Shown: positions 39,201 to 47,792 of the stretch, piece after piece | Numbering within the stretch: the stretch's first letter is position 1 | How the letters are laid out: every line of letters begins with the position of its first letter | Virus record (IMG/VR): IMGVR_UViG_3300032561_000012 | Span: 1-64,000 of that record | Direction: 5' to 3' (one strand) | Origin: a virus | Length of the DNA: 64,000 nt | Notes under the pieces: generated by a model | What the model was told of the DNA's origin: nothing | Databases searched by the model: none | The model's input: the letters and a program-made list of their open reading frames with translations, nothing else | Program-made: the position numbers and the translations under genes

Positions 39201-39611
39201 TAGATTAATACCATTGCTGTCGTAAATTGTTTCAGTTGTGCTAACTGATGTAAATTTTAAGAATCCACGACTGTTGATATTGCGTTTAGGGTTATAGCTA
39301 ATTAAGCGAGCTAGTTTAAGAATACTGTCACGACGTTGTGCTGTGTCAATAAAGTTTTCACGTGCGTTTAAGTCGCCACGGAAAGCCAATGATTGGCCTA
39401 AAAAGGCAATCATATCAATTAAGGCAATGAACTCACTTGACTCAATGAAGTCATTAAAGTCTTCTGGATAGTAAAGCTGTAGGTAGCTTACCATTGAAGC
39501 ACGAAGTGTTTCGTAATCGTAACTTTGGAAGTCAGCGTTACGGAATGTTTGATATAGTTTAGTCCAGTCTTCAGCGACTAATAAACTGGTTTGTCGTGTG
39601 GTGGTTGCCAT
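36216..39611 (-). CDS. Baseplate wedge subunit, T4 gp6-like
   Basis: DFQSYDYETLR, ENFIDTAQRRDSILKLARLISYNP, LVFGDG, ESLDDVRQKAP..TQNRMITGEDY. Confidence 0.85.
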   Translation of the reverse strand: MATTTRQTSLLVAEDWTKLYQTFRNADFQSYDYETLRASMVSYLQLYYPEDFNDFIESSEFIALIDMIAFLGQSLAFRGDLNARENFIDTAQRRDSILKLARLISYNPKRNINSRGFLKFTSVSTTETIYDSNGINLSNLVINWADAGNGNWQEQFTLILNAALISNQAIGKPSASQLINGITNDEYQINLIPNVLATYSFNATVAGTGMPFEMVSPTSAGQSYIYEVNPYLNAPFNFLYKNDNLGNGSVNTGYFLYFVQGKLQSQDFNFAESVPNRVYSINTNNINNSDIWLYSVDTNGNLGTLWEQVPAVANTNVIYNQSTNRNIYQVNSRAGDQIDLVFGDGSFSNIPQGNFRVYYRTSNGLQYKITPDEMQGVVVPINYISASGRVETITITASLQYTVANSATRESLDDVRQKAPQQFYTQNRMITGEDYNILPYTLFSNILKIKAVNRTSSGISRYLDVIDVTGKYSSTNIFADDGILYRDPFINTFSFSYTTTNDIYRVIYDKVAPIAQAPETTQFFYANYPLIALTNIYWNKSTVIANGSTGYFTDASGKILQIGSSVTSNNKYIVQGSIIRYSAGLGNYFDATNTIQTGTPSKPGDKYYIYGAVELVVGDGTNGGQGNLPNGSGPVTISQNVPTGAIADKVFAVFNVTFSNSIVAAMVSYIQAYANFGLRYDVGLASWQMVLPGDLNTANDFSLAHAGDTSGTGLDSSWLIAFTTVGKTYTVSYRGLNYVFESVLETDFYYDGTTKIFDTTTGQTVHDQIKVLKVNSNPDDSNPLALDYIWYIYKAITEVDGYVDQNRILITFSDVNNDGIPDNPELFELIVSPETNIDSKYVYFQETTGYDNFIVQTSVDNSTVVSTYQSLRDAQVAATTYQAGQLFYIPPIDSFYQLSVSGAVYTLNPVSGYVAKVGRQSIYFQYRHNSPNNRRIDPSPNNIIDLYILTQQYSTDYLAWVQDTTGLISKPTAPTSEELDTAYSGLDNYKAISDTIIYNPAAFKPLFGAKADPTLQANFLVIKNPNVVISDNEVQSQVIAAINSYFDVANWDFGETFYFSELAAYLHVQLVPNVASITIVPANESSVFGSLMQVNCNINEIVTSAATVADVKIITAITAAQLNQTGAVVSS

Positions 39612-39665
39612 CTTTATTCCCTAATATAATGTATTTATCAGGTTTAAAAACTGCGCAGTTAATAA

Positions 39666-40043
39666 TTAGTGTGCTGTAAGGGTATTGGTTGCGTTGTTGA
39701 AGTTCATTAGCATGGTATTAACTTGATTAGTTAGTACATAGCGTAATTGTACTTCAATTTGTATGCCTTGATCATATTCTGTGATAACAATATTATCAAA
39801 ACTCACACGCGGATCATAGGTAGCCACTGATTGTACATCTTGGCTGATCACTGATTTTAGGTCTTCTGTAAAAGGCTCGTGTAAGACATTCCAAATAATA
39901 GTACCAAAATTTGGATTCATTAGCTTTTCGCCCTTGCGGATATTAAAATGATTAAGTATATCGCGTTTAATCAAGTCAAAATCTGTCAAGCGCCAGTTTC
40001 TTGTGCCTGCTAGTGTACTAAAACCTTTATATGTGTTTGCCAT
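39666..40043 (-). CDS. Baseplate wedge subunit gp25
   Basis: IRKGEKLMNPNFG..LHEP..YDPRV. Confidence 0.9.
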   Translation of the reverse strand: MANTYKGFSTLAGTRNWRLTDFDLIKRDILNHFNIRKGEKLMNPNFGTIIWNVLHEPFTEDLKSVISQDVQSVATYDPRVSFDNIVITEYDQGIQIEVQLRYVLTNQVNTMLMNFNNATNTLTAH

Positions 40044-40051
40044 ACAAATAT

Positions 40052-42130
40052 TTATCCGGCATTTACTGTTGATAATTGTGGCGCAAGTACCTGCACAGCA
40101 TATTTGCCTTTGTTAAAATATGTGGCTCCAGTGGTGCCATAAGCATCTGCACCGCTTTTACCGTTGCGATAATCGCGTGCCCCGCCAGGGCCTAATAGGT
40201 GTGCCACAGCCAACATACCTGCTACGTCTTCTGGTGATTGATCAGATGTAACACAGCCCAATTTACACATACTGGTGTAATTGCGTTTGGTATAAGCACA
40301 CATTGCGGCTTCTTGTTCTGCTGGACTACCTAAGAATGTCTGTAGGCTATCCATGCCGTTTTTGCCAGTCCAATTATTGGGATTGTTTAACTGTGCGTTT
40401 GACTTACAGGTACTCTTGACATAACGGCCATCAACCAGTGCAGGCCAACCAAATTGATATTTGCCTACGTAGCCAATGCTGTTGACTGTGTTATATTTGC
40501 CACCACTTTCACTCTTACCAATAGTGGTGTAGTAGGCAGTAAGTTGTGCAGAAGTCAGACTACCAATAGTACAGTCACAAGGTGGTTGGTTGCGTAGATC
40601 AGTTGCGGTTGCAGGATTTTTTATTCCTGTGTCTTGTGCTTGTTTAGTAGCATCTACAGGTGCATTATATGTTCCAGGCTGTATACCTGGACTTTGTGGC
40701 ACAAAGAATGCTGCGGCTGTGGTTCTAGTAAATGGTTCGTGTGTTGGCGCAACCGTAACAATCGTATCTAATGTGCCAGGATTAATTACCCATTGTCCTA
40801 CAGTGTTTTGTGCTGTATCAGGCAAACTCTGATGTTGAATACCTTTTACTTCTTTGGCTGATTTTGATTTTCCTGACTGTGCGTACCATCCGCTGCCATC
40901 TACAGCAACCACCCCACCTGATTTAAGTGATACTTGTCCTGTGGCATCTACAATAAATTCTCCGCCAAGTTTTAACTGTGTTGCTCCTGCTTGTAGATTA
41001 AATGCACCTGGACTTAGTATGTTAGTCGTTGACGTGTTCATTTGGAATGTGCTGGTGGCATTCATATTGATATTCTGTGCATTAAAGTTAATGTCAGCAT
41101 CACTGTGGAAGTTAATAGTTCCAAGACTTCTAACATTAAAATTACTGCCAGCAAATATATTCAATGCGCCATCACTGCCTAACTCAATCCAATTATCACC
41201 ATTGGCATTGGCAATATAAAGAATATTGTTAGTGTCATTCATCAGGATTTGATGTCCACCTGCTGAACGCAGACGTATCAATTGATCTATGCCTAGGGCT
41301 GTACCATCATCCATAACAAATGAATGTCCACCTTTACGTGTTTTAACAGTAAAGTAGTCAGGAGGTAAGTTGCCGCTGTTTAATTTAGTAACATATTCTT
41401 TGTCGTCTGCTGGATCGTTGACAAATGGACGGCCTGGGGTGGATATACCAAATACCTGACTAGGGCTTTCGCGCTGACTTGAGCTTGAAATAGCACCACG
41501 CACTGGATCTTTTTCAAGACCCTGTTGTTGTAGTATACCGTATTGGAATTTGTGTATGGGTTTATTGTTATTGTAGAAACTTGAATTAGTAACATCTGCT
41601 GTCTGATACTCATTGAATTCCACTACAGGAACAATGTCACCTTGTTTGTATGTGTTGTTTTCGTTTTTACCAAGACTAGTAGTATCTACATTAGGAGTAC
41701 CAGCAATAGCTGGAATCATATAGTGACTTAGGCTTGAGTCAACACAGGCCAACCAGTATCCACGTAAAGGATCCCCTGCGATAAACAGAACAATCACTTC
41801 AACTTCAAGGTCTGGTGGTACTGCCCACATACCATAGCTGTGTGACACAGTTTCAAAACTGTTGGTTGTTGGAGACTGTGCTCCAGACTTCTGTACTTGA
41901 CTGGTATAGCCCATGAATGGACTAGCATATGACACTGTGCGCCAATTGTTAGGATCATCAGCAGGTCCGCCTAGATCAGGAATATATACCTGTAGTCGAC
42001 CACTGCGTGTTGGATCTAGATTGTTTTTAACCACACCAATGTATGGATACGGATCAACACGTGTGCCGCTGGCTTCTTCTCTGCGTAGATTTTTTGCTAC
42101 TTTACTTGCTATTCTATGATCGATTGCCAT
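40052..42130 (-). CDS. gp5-like baseplate hub/spike with C-terminal lysozyme-like domain
   Basis: OB-fold DPTRSGRLQVYIP; beta-helix repeats; C-terminal ESGGKYNTVN..GKYQF..AHLLGPGGA. Confidence 0.8.
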   Translation of the reverse strand: MAIDHRIASKVAKNLRREEASGTRVDPYPYIGVVKNNLDPTRSGRLQVYIPDLGGPADDPNNWRTVSYASPFMGYTSQVQKSGAQSPTTNSFETVSHSYGMWAVPPDLEVEVIVLFIAGDPLRGYWLACVDSSLSHYMIPAIAGTPNVDTTSLGKNENNTYKQGDIVPVVEFNEYQTADVTNSSFYNNNKPIHKFQYGILQQQGLEKDPVRGAISSSSQRESPSQVFGISTPGRPFVNDPADDKEYVTKLNSGNLPPDYFTVKTRKGGHSFVMDDGTALGIDQLIRLRSAGGHQILMNDTNNILYIANANGDNWIELGSDGALNIFAGSNFNVRSLGTINFHSDADINFNAQNINMNATSTFQMNTSTTNILSPGAFNLQAGATQLKLGGEFIVDATGQVSLKSGGVVAVDGSGWYAQSGKSKSAKEVKGIQHQSLPDTAQNTVGQWVINPGTLDTIVTVAPTHEPFTRTTAAAFFVPQSPGIQPGTYNAPVDATKQAQDTGIKNPATATDLRNQPPCDCTIGSLTSAQLTAYYTTIGKSESGGKYNTVNSIGYVGKYQFGWPALVDGRYVKSTCKSNAQLNNPNNWTGKNGMDSLQTFLGSPAEQEAAMCAYTKRNYTSMCKLGCVTSDQSPEDVAGMLAVAHLLGPGGARDYRNGKSGADAYGTTGATYFNKGKYAVQVLAPQLSTVNAG

Positions 42131-42137
42131 TTTTTAA

Positions 42138-45100
42138 TTATCCTGTAACTGCTGCTTGGCCAGGAACTTGATTCCCTTTAATACTTATTGGTGTAAAATT
42201 AGGAACGATTGCTTGTGGTTCTGTTTGATCTGTAATAACAGCACTAGGCGCTGTTTCGTTTACGGCCATCAAATCCTGTTGTCCAGGAGTAAATCCTCCG
42301 CCGCTGGTTTCTGTTTGATCACCATAGTAGCCTCCAGAATAGTCAGGGCCAATGGCCTGAGTAATCTGTTGGTCTTGGCCAGGTGTTTGATTATTAGCAC
42401 TGTCTGCAGCAGAAGCAGTGCTTGGGTCTGGACCACCTCCAGCTACTTCTACAGTAGGCACAGGAGTTGGTGGAGTTACACCAGGAGTTATTTGAGCTGT
42501 TGGTGTTCTATTGTCACTGGTTTGATTATTTTGTCCATTGACATAATCGTATGCCTGCTGTCTTACCAATCTAACCAGTTCTAGTTCTTGTGTAAATTGT
42601 CCGTTGGTAAAGTGACTAGATACTTTAGTTACTATGTACAGTCCTGAAAACACACTCTGTTTGTAGTTGGTGTTAAACTTCATAAACCCAGTGGTTTCGT
42701 CAATGTCTGACGGAATTCTAAACAATAGCTGTACGTAAAGTCCGCCCTTGTCCATGACTAAACTACTGTTACCAGCAGTTAAACGTGGATCTGTACTGGG
42801 TTTAGATGCAACATTAAATCCTTCTAGCGGAGGTCTATAGAACACATCATCCTGTTTAATGTAGTCAGGATCTCCAATGATTTTTAATTTAACATTCAGC
42901 ATGTCAGCTTGACTGTTGGTCATGATGCTGGCTTCTAGATCCACTGACGCAGTTTCTTTGGCTGTGCTAGCACCACCAGTGGCATTGCTTCTAGAGTTTT
43001 GTACTACTGGTTTCATTACCAGTGGCATCACAGCATCATATTGACTGCTGGCCGCAGTGGTAGTCGTAGGAGCATTACCACCGCCGTTGTAGTTTGGATA
43101 GTTTTGTGTTTGATTATCCGTGGTGTTGCTGGCCGCAGTTGGATTAACATCTGTTAGACTATTTCTATAGGCAGTGACCTGATTAAAGTATAGTGCATTA
43201 AATTTAATATCAAAATCTAAAACGTCATCATTTTGTCCTGTATACAGATAGTTGTAGTATTTCACAGGATATAGTTGCACACCTTGTGGGCCTATGTCAG
43301 CACGTAGATTGTAAATTTTATATGGTATTACACTGTAGGTAATTTCTCTGGCCCACACACGTTTACGTACATCAAAATCTAATAGTCTGACTGTAGGAAT
43401 AATTTTAAACCAATACAGTGGTTTATCTTTTAATGCTTCTTTCTTGCTGGCATAGTCAGGATCTTCAGGCACAATCAATTGATTCTGTATGTAATCGCTA
43501 TTTCTAACTATGTAGTCAATGAGCCTGTCAATAGTTGTGCCTGCTTGTATTTGAAATATAGCTTTAGTAGGATCATATAACGCTACGTTTGGGGTAGCTG
43601 GTGCCGCTGGAGCTGGTATTGTAGTTGTTACTCCAAGTCTAGCATTCTGTTGAGTAGCGTAGTCTTGCATACGTTTAGCATAGGCTGCATCTGACTCACC
43701 AGGTGCTTTGATAAAATATGTTTTGTCATATGAACCAGCAATGGCATTATTTGTTGTAGTGGCAGAAGCCGTGGCTGCTTTAATTGCGGCATTTTGAGTA
43801 TTAGCATAATCTCTCATACGTTTAGCATAGGCTGCATCTGACTCACCAGGTGCTTTGATAAAGTATGTCTGATCTACTACCCCTGAAGTGTAGGTTGGTG
43901 TTGCACTGGTAGTAGCAGGTGTGGGGTTGGCTGTGGTTGTTTTAACCGTGCCGCCAACTGTCTGTCCTAGATCAGCACGCTTCATAGCCACAATGTCACC
44001 TGGGGTTTGATTGCCCTTCATTGATGTTTCTTTTGGTGTATGTCTAAGTTGATCTGTAAATAAACTGTCGCCTATGCTGATGGTTGTACCATCATCTAGT
44101 GTGGTCTTAGGAAATTCAAATCTATAGACATCAGCTACACTGATTTTATTATACTGCACCAACGCCTGCATCCATTGATTAATCGCACTGCCATAACTTG
44201 AGAATTTATTATATGCTGGAGGGGTTGATGGTGTTGGTTTAGCAGTGGCAGTGTTAGGCTGCGGAGTAGTTGGGATTGACGCAAATCTATTTTTCCCTGT
44301 GGTCTGCGTTGCTGAATTTGTTGGGGCAGGTGTTGATCCATTGGCCGCCTGCACTTCTGCTCTGACTGCGTTTAGTGCTGTGACTTCATCAGCAGTTGTG
44401 CCTTCTACACTTTGGAAAAAGTTAGCCACAGTGCTGGCAGTAATTTCAAAGTTTGCAGGAGTTGAACAGGTAGACATATCATATGCTGAATGATGGAATG
44501 GCACATAGGTGATTTTATATTCTGCACCTTTGACTGTTACTCTGATTTCCAAATTGGTGATTTTACATGGTACACGTTTTCTTAGATCTTCAATTGAGCC
44601 CAAGATACTGCCATCATCGCCCATGGCAAAGAAATCAATTTGAATTAGATATGGCATATCTAAATAGTTTTGTGCATTGATGTCTTTGGCCGCTAACAAT
44701 AATCTTTCTACAAAGGTAAATCCATAGGGTTCAATTAAGGTAAATGACCCTTCTATGGCATTGGTATTTCTACTAAGGTCATTAGGCGCAATAACTGTGG
44801 TCATGCTAAAGTCTTCAAAATAGAAGTCTTCACTAAAGAATTGATTTCTAGGAAAATTATCGGGACTGTAACGGCCAGCACTGGCCACTAGAACATTTTT
44901 TGGTGTATAGGTTTGAGTTTCTACAGTATGATTATAGTCTGAATCTGATAGTAGATGTAAACTTAGACCGTAGATATAGCTAGGATAGTCTTTTAATCTA
45001 TTAGGCAAAGGTTTGTTAGTATTAGTATCAGGTGTTGCTGTAGTAGGTTTACTAGGAGCATTAGGACTATTATAGTTTGGTGCTGTGTTTAAATTTTGTG

Positions 45101-45458
45101 TAGTATCTGCCGCAGGATTAGGTGCTGTGTCTGCTACACTTGCTTCATTGGCCACAGGTCCTGTTGTTATAGTTTCAGCACTAGGATCAAATCCGCCGCC
45201 ACTGGCTTCATTTTGATCACCGTAGTATCCACCTGCATAACTTGGTGCAAGATTTTGTTGTTCGCTGGCAGACAATGCCGCAGGACCTGGAACATTGTTA
45301 GCCGTAGCTATAGTAGAACCGCCGCCACTGGCTTCTGTTTGTTCGCCATAGTAGCCGCCTGAATAGTCAGGTGCTAGGCCTGTAACACTAGGAGGAGGTG
45401 AACTAGGAGTATTGACTAACTGGGTTTCAGCGTTATCTTGAGTAATCACGTCAGTCAT
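42138..45458 (-). CDS. Baseplate hub protein (gp27/VgrG-like) with low-complexity insertions
   Basis: LKIIGDP and FSGLYIVTKVSSHFTNGQFTQEL motifs; between gp53-like and gp5 genes. Confidence 0.65.
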   Translation of the reverse strand: MTDVITQDNAETQLVNTPSSPPPSVTGLAPDYSGGYYGEQTEASGGGSTIATANNVPGPAALSASEQQNLAPSYAGGYYGDQNEASGGGFDPSAETITTGPVANEASVADTAPNPAADTTQNLNTAPNYNSPNAPSKPTTATPDTNTNKPLPNRLKDYPSYIYGLSLHLLSDSDYNHTVETQTYTPKNVLVASAGRYSPDNFPRNQFFSEDFYFEDFSMTTVIAPNDLSRNTNAIEGSFTLIEPYGFTFVERLLLAAKDINAQNYLDMPYLIQIDFFAMGDDGSILGSIEDLRKRVPCKITNLEIRVTVKGAEYKITYVPFHHSAYDMSTCSTPANFEITASTVANFFQSVEGTTADEVTALNAVRAEVQAANGSTPAPTNSATQTTGKNRFASIPTTPQPNTATAKPTPSTPPAYNKFSSYGSAINQWMQALVQYNKISVADVYRFEFPKTTLDDGTTISIGDSLFTDQLRHTPKETSMKGNQTPGDIVAMKRADLGQTVGGTVKTTTANPTPATTSATPTYTSGVVDQTYFIKAPGESDAAYAKRMRDYANTQNAAIKAATASATTTNNAIAGSYDKTYFIKAPGESDAAYAKRMQDYATQQNARLGVTTTIPAPAAPATPNVALYDPTKAIFQIQAGTTIDRLIDYIVRNSDYIQNQLIVPEDPDYASKKEALKDKPLYWFKIIPTVRLLDFDVRKRVWAREITYSVIPYKIYNLRADIGPQGVQLYPVKYYNYLYTGQNDDVLDFDIKFNALYFNQVTAYRNSLTDVNPTAASNTTDNQTQNYPNYNGGGNAPTTTTAASSQYDAVMPLVMKPVVQNSRSNATGGASTAKETASVDLEASIMTNSQADMLNVKLKIIGDPDYIKQDDVFYRPPLEGFNVASKPSTDPRLTAGNSSLVMDKGGLYVQLLFRIPSDIDETTGFMKFNTNYKQSVFSGLYIVTKVSSHFTNGQFTQELELVRLVRQQAYDYVNGQNNQTSDNRTPTAQITPGVTPPTPVPTVEVAGGGPDPSTASAADSANNQTPGQDQQITQAIGPDYSGGYYGDQTETSGGGFTPGQQDLMAVNETAPSAVITDQTEPQAIVPNFTPISIKGNQVPGQAAVTG
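43668..43862. repeat. Exact 48-bp in-frame direct repeat at 43668-43715 and 43815-43862
   Basis: catacgtttagcataggctgcatctgactcaccaggtgctttgataaa occurs twice, offset 147 nt. Confidence 0.9.
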
Positions 45459-45461
45459 TTG

Positions 45462-45764
45462 TTACAATCCCAATGCTGATGTTAGATTCTGTTTCTGTGG
45501 TACGTAGATAACAACACCTGGCACAAAGTCAAAAATTGGATCTTGTATAACATTAGGATTTCTAACAGCAAATACCCACCATAGGCCTGGATCTCCATAT
45601 AAGTCAAAGGCCAACAGATCAGGACGATTACCATATATCTTATCAATTTGGTATTGTACATCTGTAGAATTAATTGGTATGTTAGGAATATTAGCCACAT
45701 CTAAGAAAAAACTGTAGATGTCTGTGTTAGCATACGGGCTGGTCTTGTTATAAGCCACGGTCAT
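45462..45764 (-). CDS. Baseplate wedge gp53-like (LysM-like) protein
   Basis: RPDLLAFDLYGDPGLWWVFAVRN. Confidence 0.8.
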   Translation of the reverse strand: MTVAYNKTSPYANTDIYSFFLDVANIPNIPINSTDVQYQIDKIYGNRPDLLAFDLYGDPGLWWVFAVRNPNVIQDPIFDFVPGVVIYVPQKQNLTSALGL

Positions 45765-46786
45765 TAGATGAATCCTCCGACACCTGTTTTGGTGTCTTTG
45801 ATTAATTTACCCTGCGCAAAGTCAGTTAGGTTAAATCTATTGTGTAAATTATTGCGACTATACATTGGGCGTAGAGTCACTGCAATGGTACTGGTAGTAG
45901 GCACACGAGTATGTGTGGTTATGGTACTAAATCCTGTGGTGTTGCCTGCAGCCACAATGGCTTTAGTTGCCGCTGTTGTAGCCTGTGTACTAGACTGCAA
46001 CAGACTAGGTACTGTACCTGGATCCAGTGCGCTGGTATCTACACTACTGTTTGGTCCTTGTGTATTTTGTGGACTTTCTGTAGATGTTGTTAGACTAGTT
46101 TGGCTAATTGGCACTTGTATGTAGTCAGCTTCATTTGGTAAGGTATGAGTGAAACTAGTAATCACGCAAGGAACGTGCGGGAAGTAGTGACTGCCGTAGC
46201 CGTCTAAGAATACAATAGGTGGAGGATTGCCTACGTTAGCGCCTTGACCAAAGAACATTTTAGTCACACTACGGAAGAAGTAGACTGCGGCCATTAGATA
46301 TTGTCCGTCTGCCACTGTCTGTACAGTAAATTCACCAGATACCTGTATGTCTGCCACTTCTGAATAGTTGTAGAAATGTGCGGGATAATTACTATGTGTA
46401 AGCTGTGCAGTGCTGTAGTTGGCGTTATGTGTCACTGCAATCTGTGGTGTGTATGGCCAAATAACTCCGTTAGTTTCTACCAATGGATACATCAATGAAT
46501 TTGCTGGGATTCCAGGATCTTGATAGAATATTTGTGCGCTAGGTGCTAGACTTACACGCACACGCCAATCATCTTCAGCAGCCGCAGTTGCTCCGCCCTG
46601 TGCGCTAGCTGATTGAAAGCCAATATTAGGTACATTTACAGGAGCACTAGAAGCGCCGCCAGGCAACAGTCCAGCAACACTTAGTCTGCTGGTACTGGGA
46701 TTTAGTAAATCAAATGCAGTGTTACTGCCGCCACCTAGGCCTGGTACGCTGCCTGATTGTCCAAATAATCCGCCAAATATTGACAT
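45764..46786 (-). CDS. Tail tube initiator/baseplate protein, gp48/gp54-like; start moved to 46786
   Basis: PYTPQI, GNPPPIVFLDGYG, VPCVITSFTHTLP; AGAGG SD before ATG 46786. Confidence 0.65.
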   Translation of the reverse strand: MSIFGGLFGQSGSVPGLGGGSNTAFDLLNPSTSRLSVAGLLPGGASSAPVNVPNIGFQSASAQGGATAAAEDDWRVRVSLAPSAQIFYQDPGIPANSLMYPLVETNGVIWPYTPQIAVTHNANYSTAQLTHSNYPAHFYNYSEVADIQVSGEFTVQTVADGQYLMAAVYFFRSVTKMFFGQGANVGNPPPIVFLDGYGSHYFPHVPCVITSFTHTLPNEADYIQVPISQTSLTTSTESPQNTQGPNSSVDTSALDPGTVPSLLQSSTQATTAATKAIVAAGNTTGFSTITTHTRVPTTSTIAVTLRPMYSRNNLHNRFNLTDFAQGKLIKDTKTGVGGFI

Positions 46787-46801
46787 GTTGTAAAATACCT
46801 C

Positions 46802-46830
46802 TTGTATCATGTATTTATAGGTTATATAAT
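46802..46830 (+). promoter_or_regulatory. Sigma70-type promoter for the gp55 operon
   Basis: TTGTAT (46802-46807), 17 nt, TATAAT (46825-46830). Confidence 0.55.
46812..46819 (-). promoter_or_regulatory. T4-type late promoter TATAAATA for the baseplate operon
   Basis: Exact T4 late consensus upstream of the first baseplate gene. Confidence 0.75.
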
Positions 46831-46859
46831 AGTAGTAGTTTAAAAGGAACCCCTGAACT

Positions 46860-47741
46860 ATGAGAAAGGTAAATTATCTTAATAATAAAGATATTCTTAA
46901 AGAAATTGCAAAAAGTAAGCTGACATACTGTAGTTTTATAGATGATTCAGTTAAAAATTATGATATGATTGTTACTGGTGTAGGAGCAATCACTAAAAAA
47001 GCAGTAACAGAAGCACGTAAGCTACGTGCAGAACGCCTAGCTAAAGAACAACAAGAAGCAGAACTACTGTTAGGAAATAAGCGCAAGCTAGATGAATTCC
47101 TAACTCCTGCCAAAGATATTCCAGTCACTGATGTGGTTTTTCGTGTGATGACCTGGGACCACATACCCATCGACGAAGCAAAACAAAAGAAAGCTGACGC
47201 TAAAGCCCAAGAAGAATACGATTCTGATGAAGATAACTTTGAAACAGAATACGACGAGCCTGTAGTAGTCAAAGGCGCAACCAAGTATACCAAAGTAAAC
47301 TTTCCTCCGTTCCAACACTACAAAGTAGATGAAGAATTAAATCCTATTTGTGTAGGTAAAAGTCATTGGAAAGGTGGTTTAGAAAAAGGCAAGTTCAGTA
47401 AAGATCATGGCACTATGACTGCTAAACTAGCACACATGTTTATTAAACTATGTGAACGCTATGCTACTAGGTCTAACTGGCGTGGTTATACTTATAATGA
47501 TGAAATGCGTAGCCAAGCATTATTACAACTAAGTCAAATCGGCCTACAATTTGATGAAGCAAAGAGTCAAAATCCATTTGCCTATTACACAGCGGCAATC
47601 ACCAACAGCTTTACCCGTGTTCTTAATATTGAAAAGCGCAATCAAAACATTCGTGATGATATTTTAGAAATGAATAATTATTCTCCAAGCTACACACGCC
47701 AAGGAGACTGGGGCGGAGGTGGTGGCCACTACGAAGAATAA
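46860..47741 (+). CDS. Late-transcription sigma factor, gp55-like
   Basis: NYLNNKD..NWRGYTYNDEM..FDEAKSQNPFAYYT; gp55-47-46 synteny. Confidence 0.85.
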   Translation: MRKVNYLNNKDILKEIAKSKLTYCSFIDDSVKNYDMIVTGVGAITKKAVTEARKLRAERLAKEQQEAELLLGNKRKLDEFLTPAKDIPVTDVVFRVMTWDHIPIDEAKQKKADAKAQEEYDSDEDNFETEYDEPVVVKGATKYTKVNFPPFQHYKVDEELNPICVGKSHWKGGLEKGKFSKDHGTMTAKLAHMFIKLCERYATRSNWRGYTYNDEMRSQALLQLSQIGLQFDEAKSQNPFAYYTAAITNSFTRVLNIEKRNQNIRDDILEMNNYSPSYTRQGDWGGGGGHYEE

Positions 47742-47757
47742 TTTGGCAATTCGCAAT

Positions 47758-47786
47758 TTGCACTTTGACCTTAACTAACTTATACT
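47758..47786 (+). promoter_or_regulatory. Sigma70-type promoter directly before the gp47 ATG
   Basis: TTGCAC, 17 nt, TATACT; ATG 6 nt downstream. Confidence 0.5.
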
Positions 47787-47792
47787 ATATAC

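Noticed and set aside
39649-39660. Perfect palindrome AACTGCGCAGTT upstream of the gp6 late box
   Set aside because: Single instance, not seen at other late promoters; cannot be told from chance
43668-43862. 48-bp direct repeat as a mini-CRISPR or att site
   Set aside because: Only two copies, in frame within a coding sequence, 99-nt gap, no cas or integrase gene in view
46787-46810. Track start at 46810, and similarly 54638, 58621 and 63353
   Set aside because: These starts overlap or precede promoter boxes, or are weaker than nearby ATGs; 46786, 54623, 58636 and 63419 fit promoter/RBS geometry better
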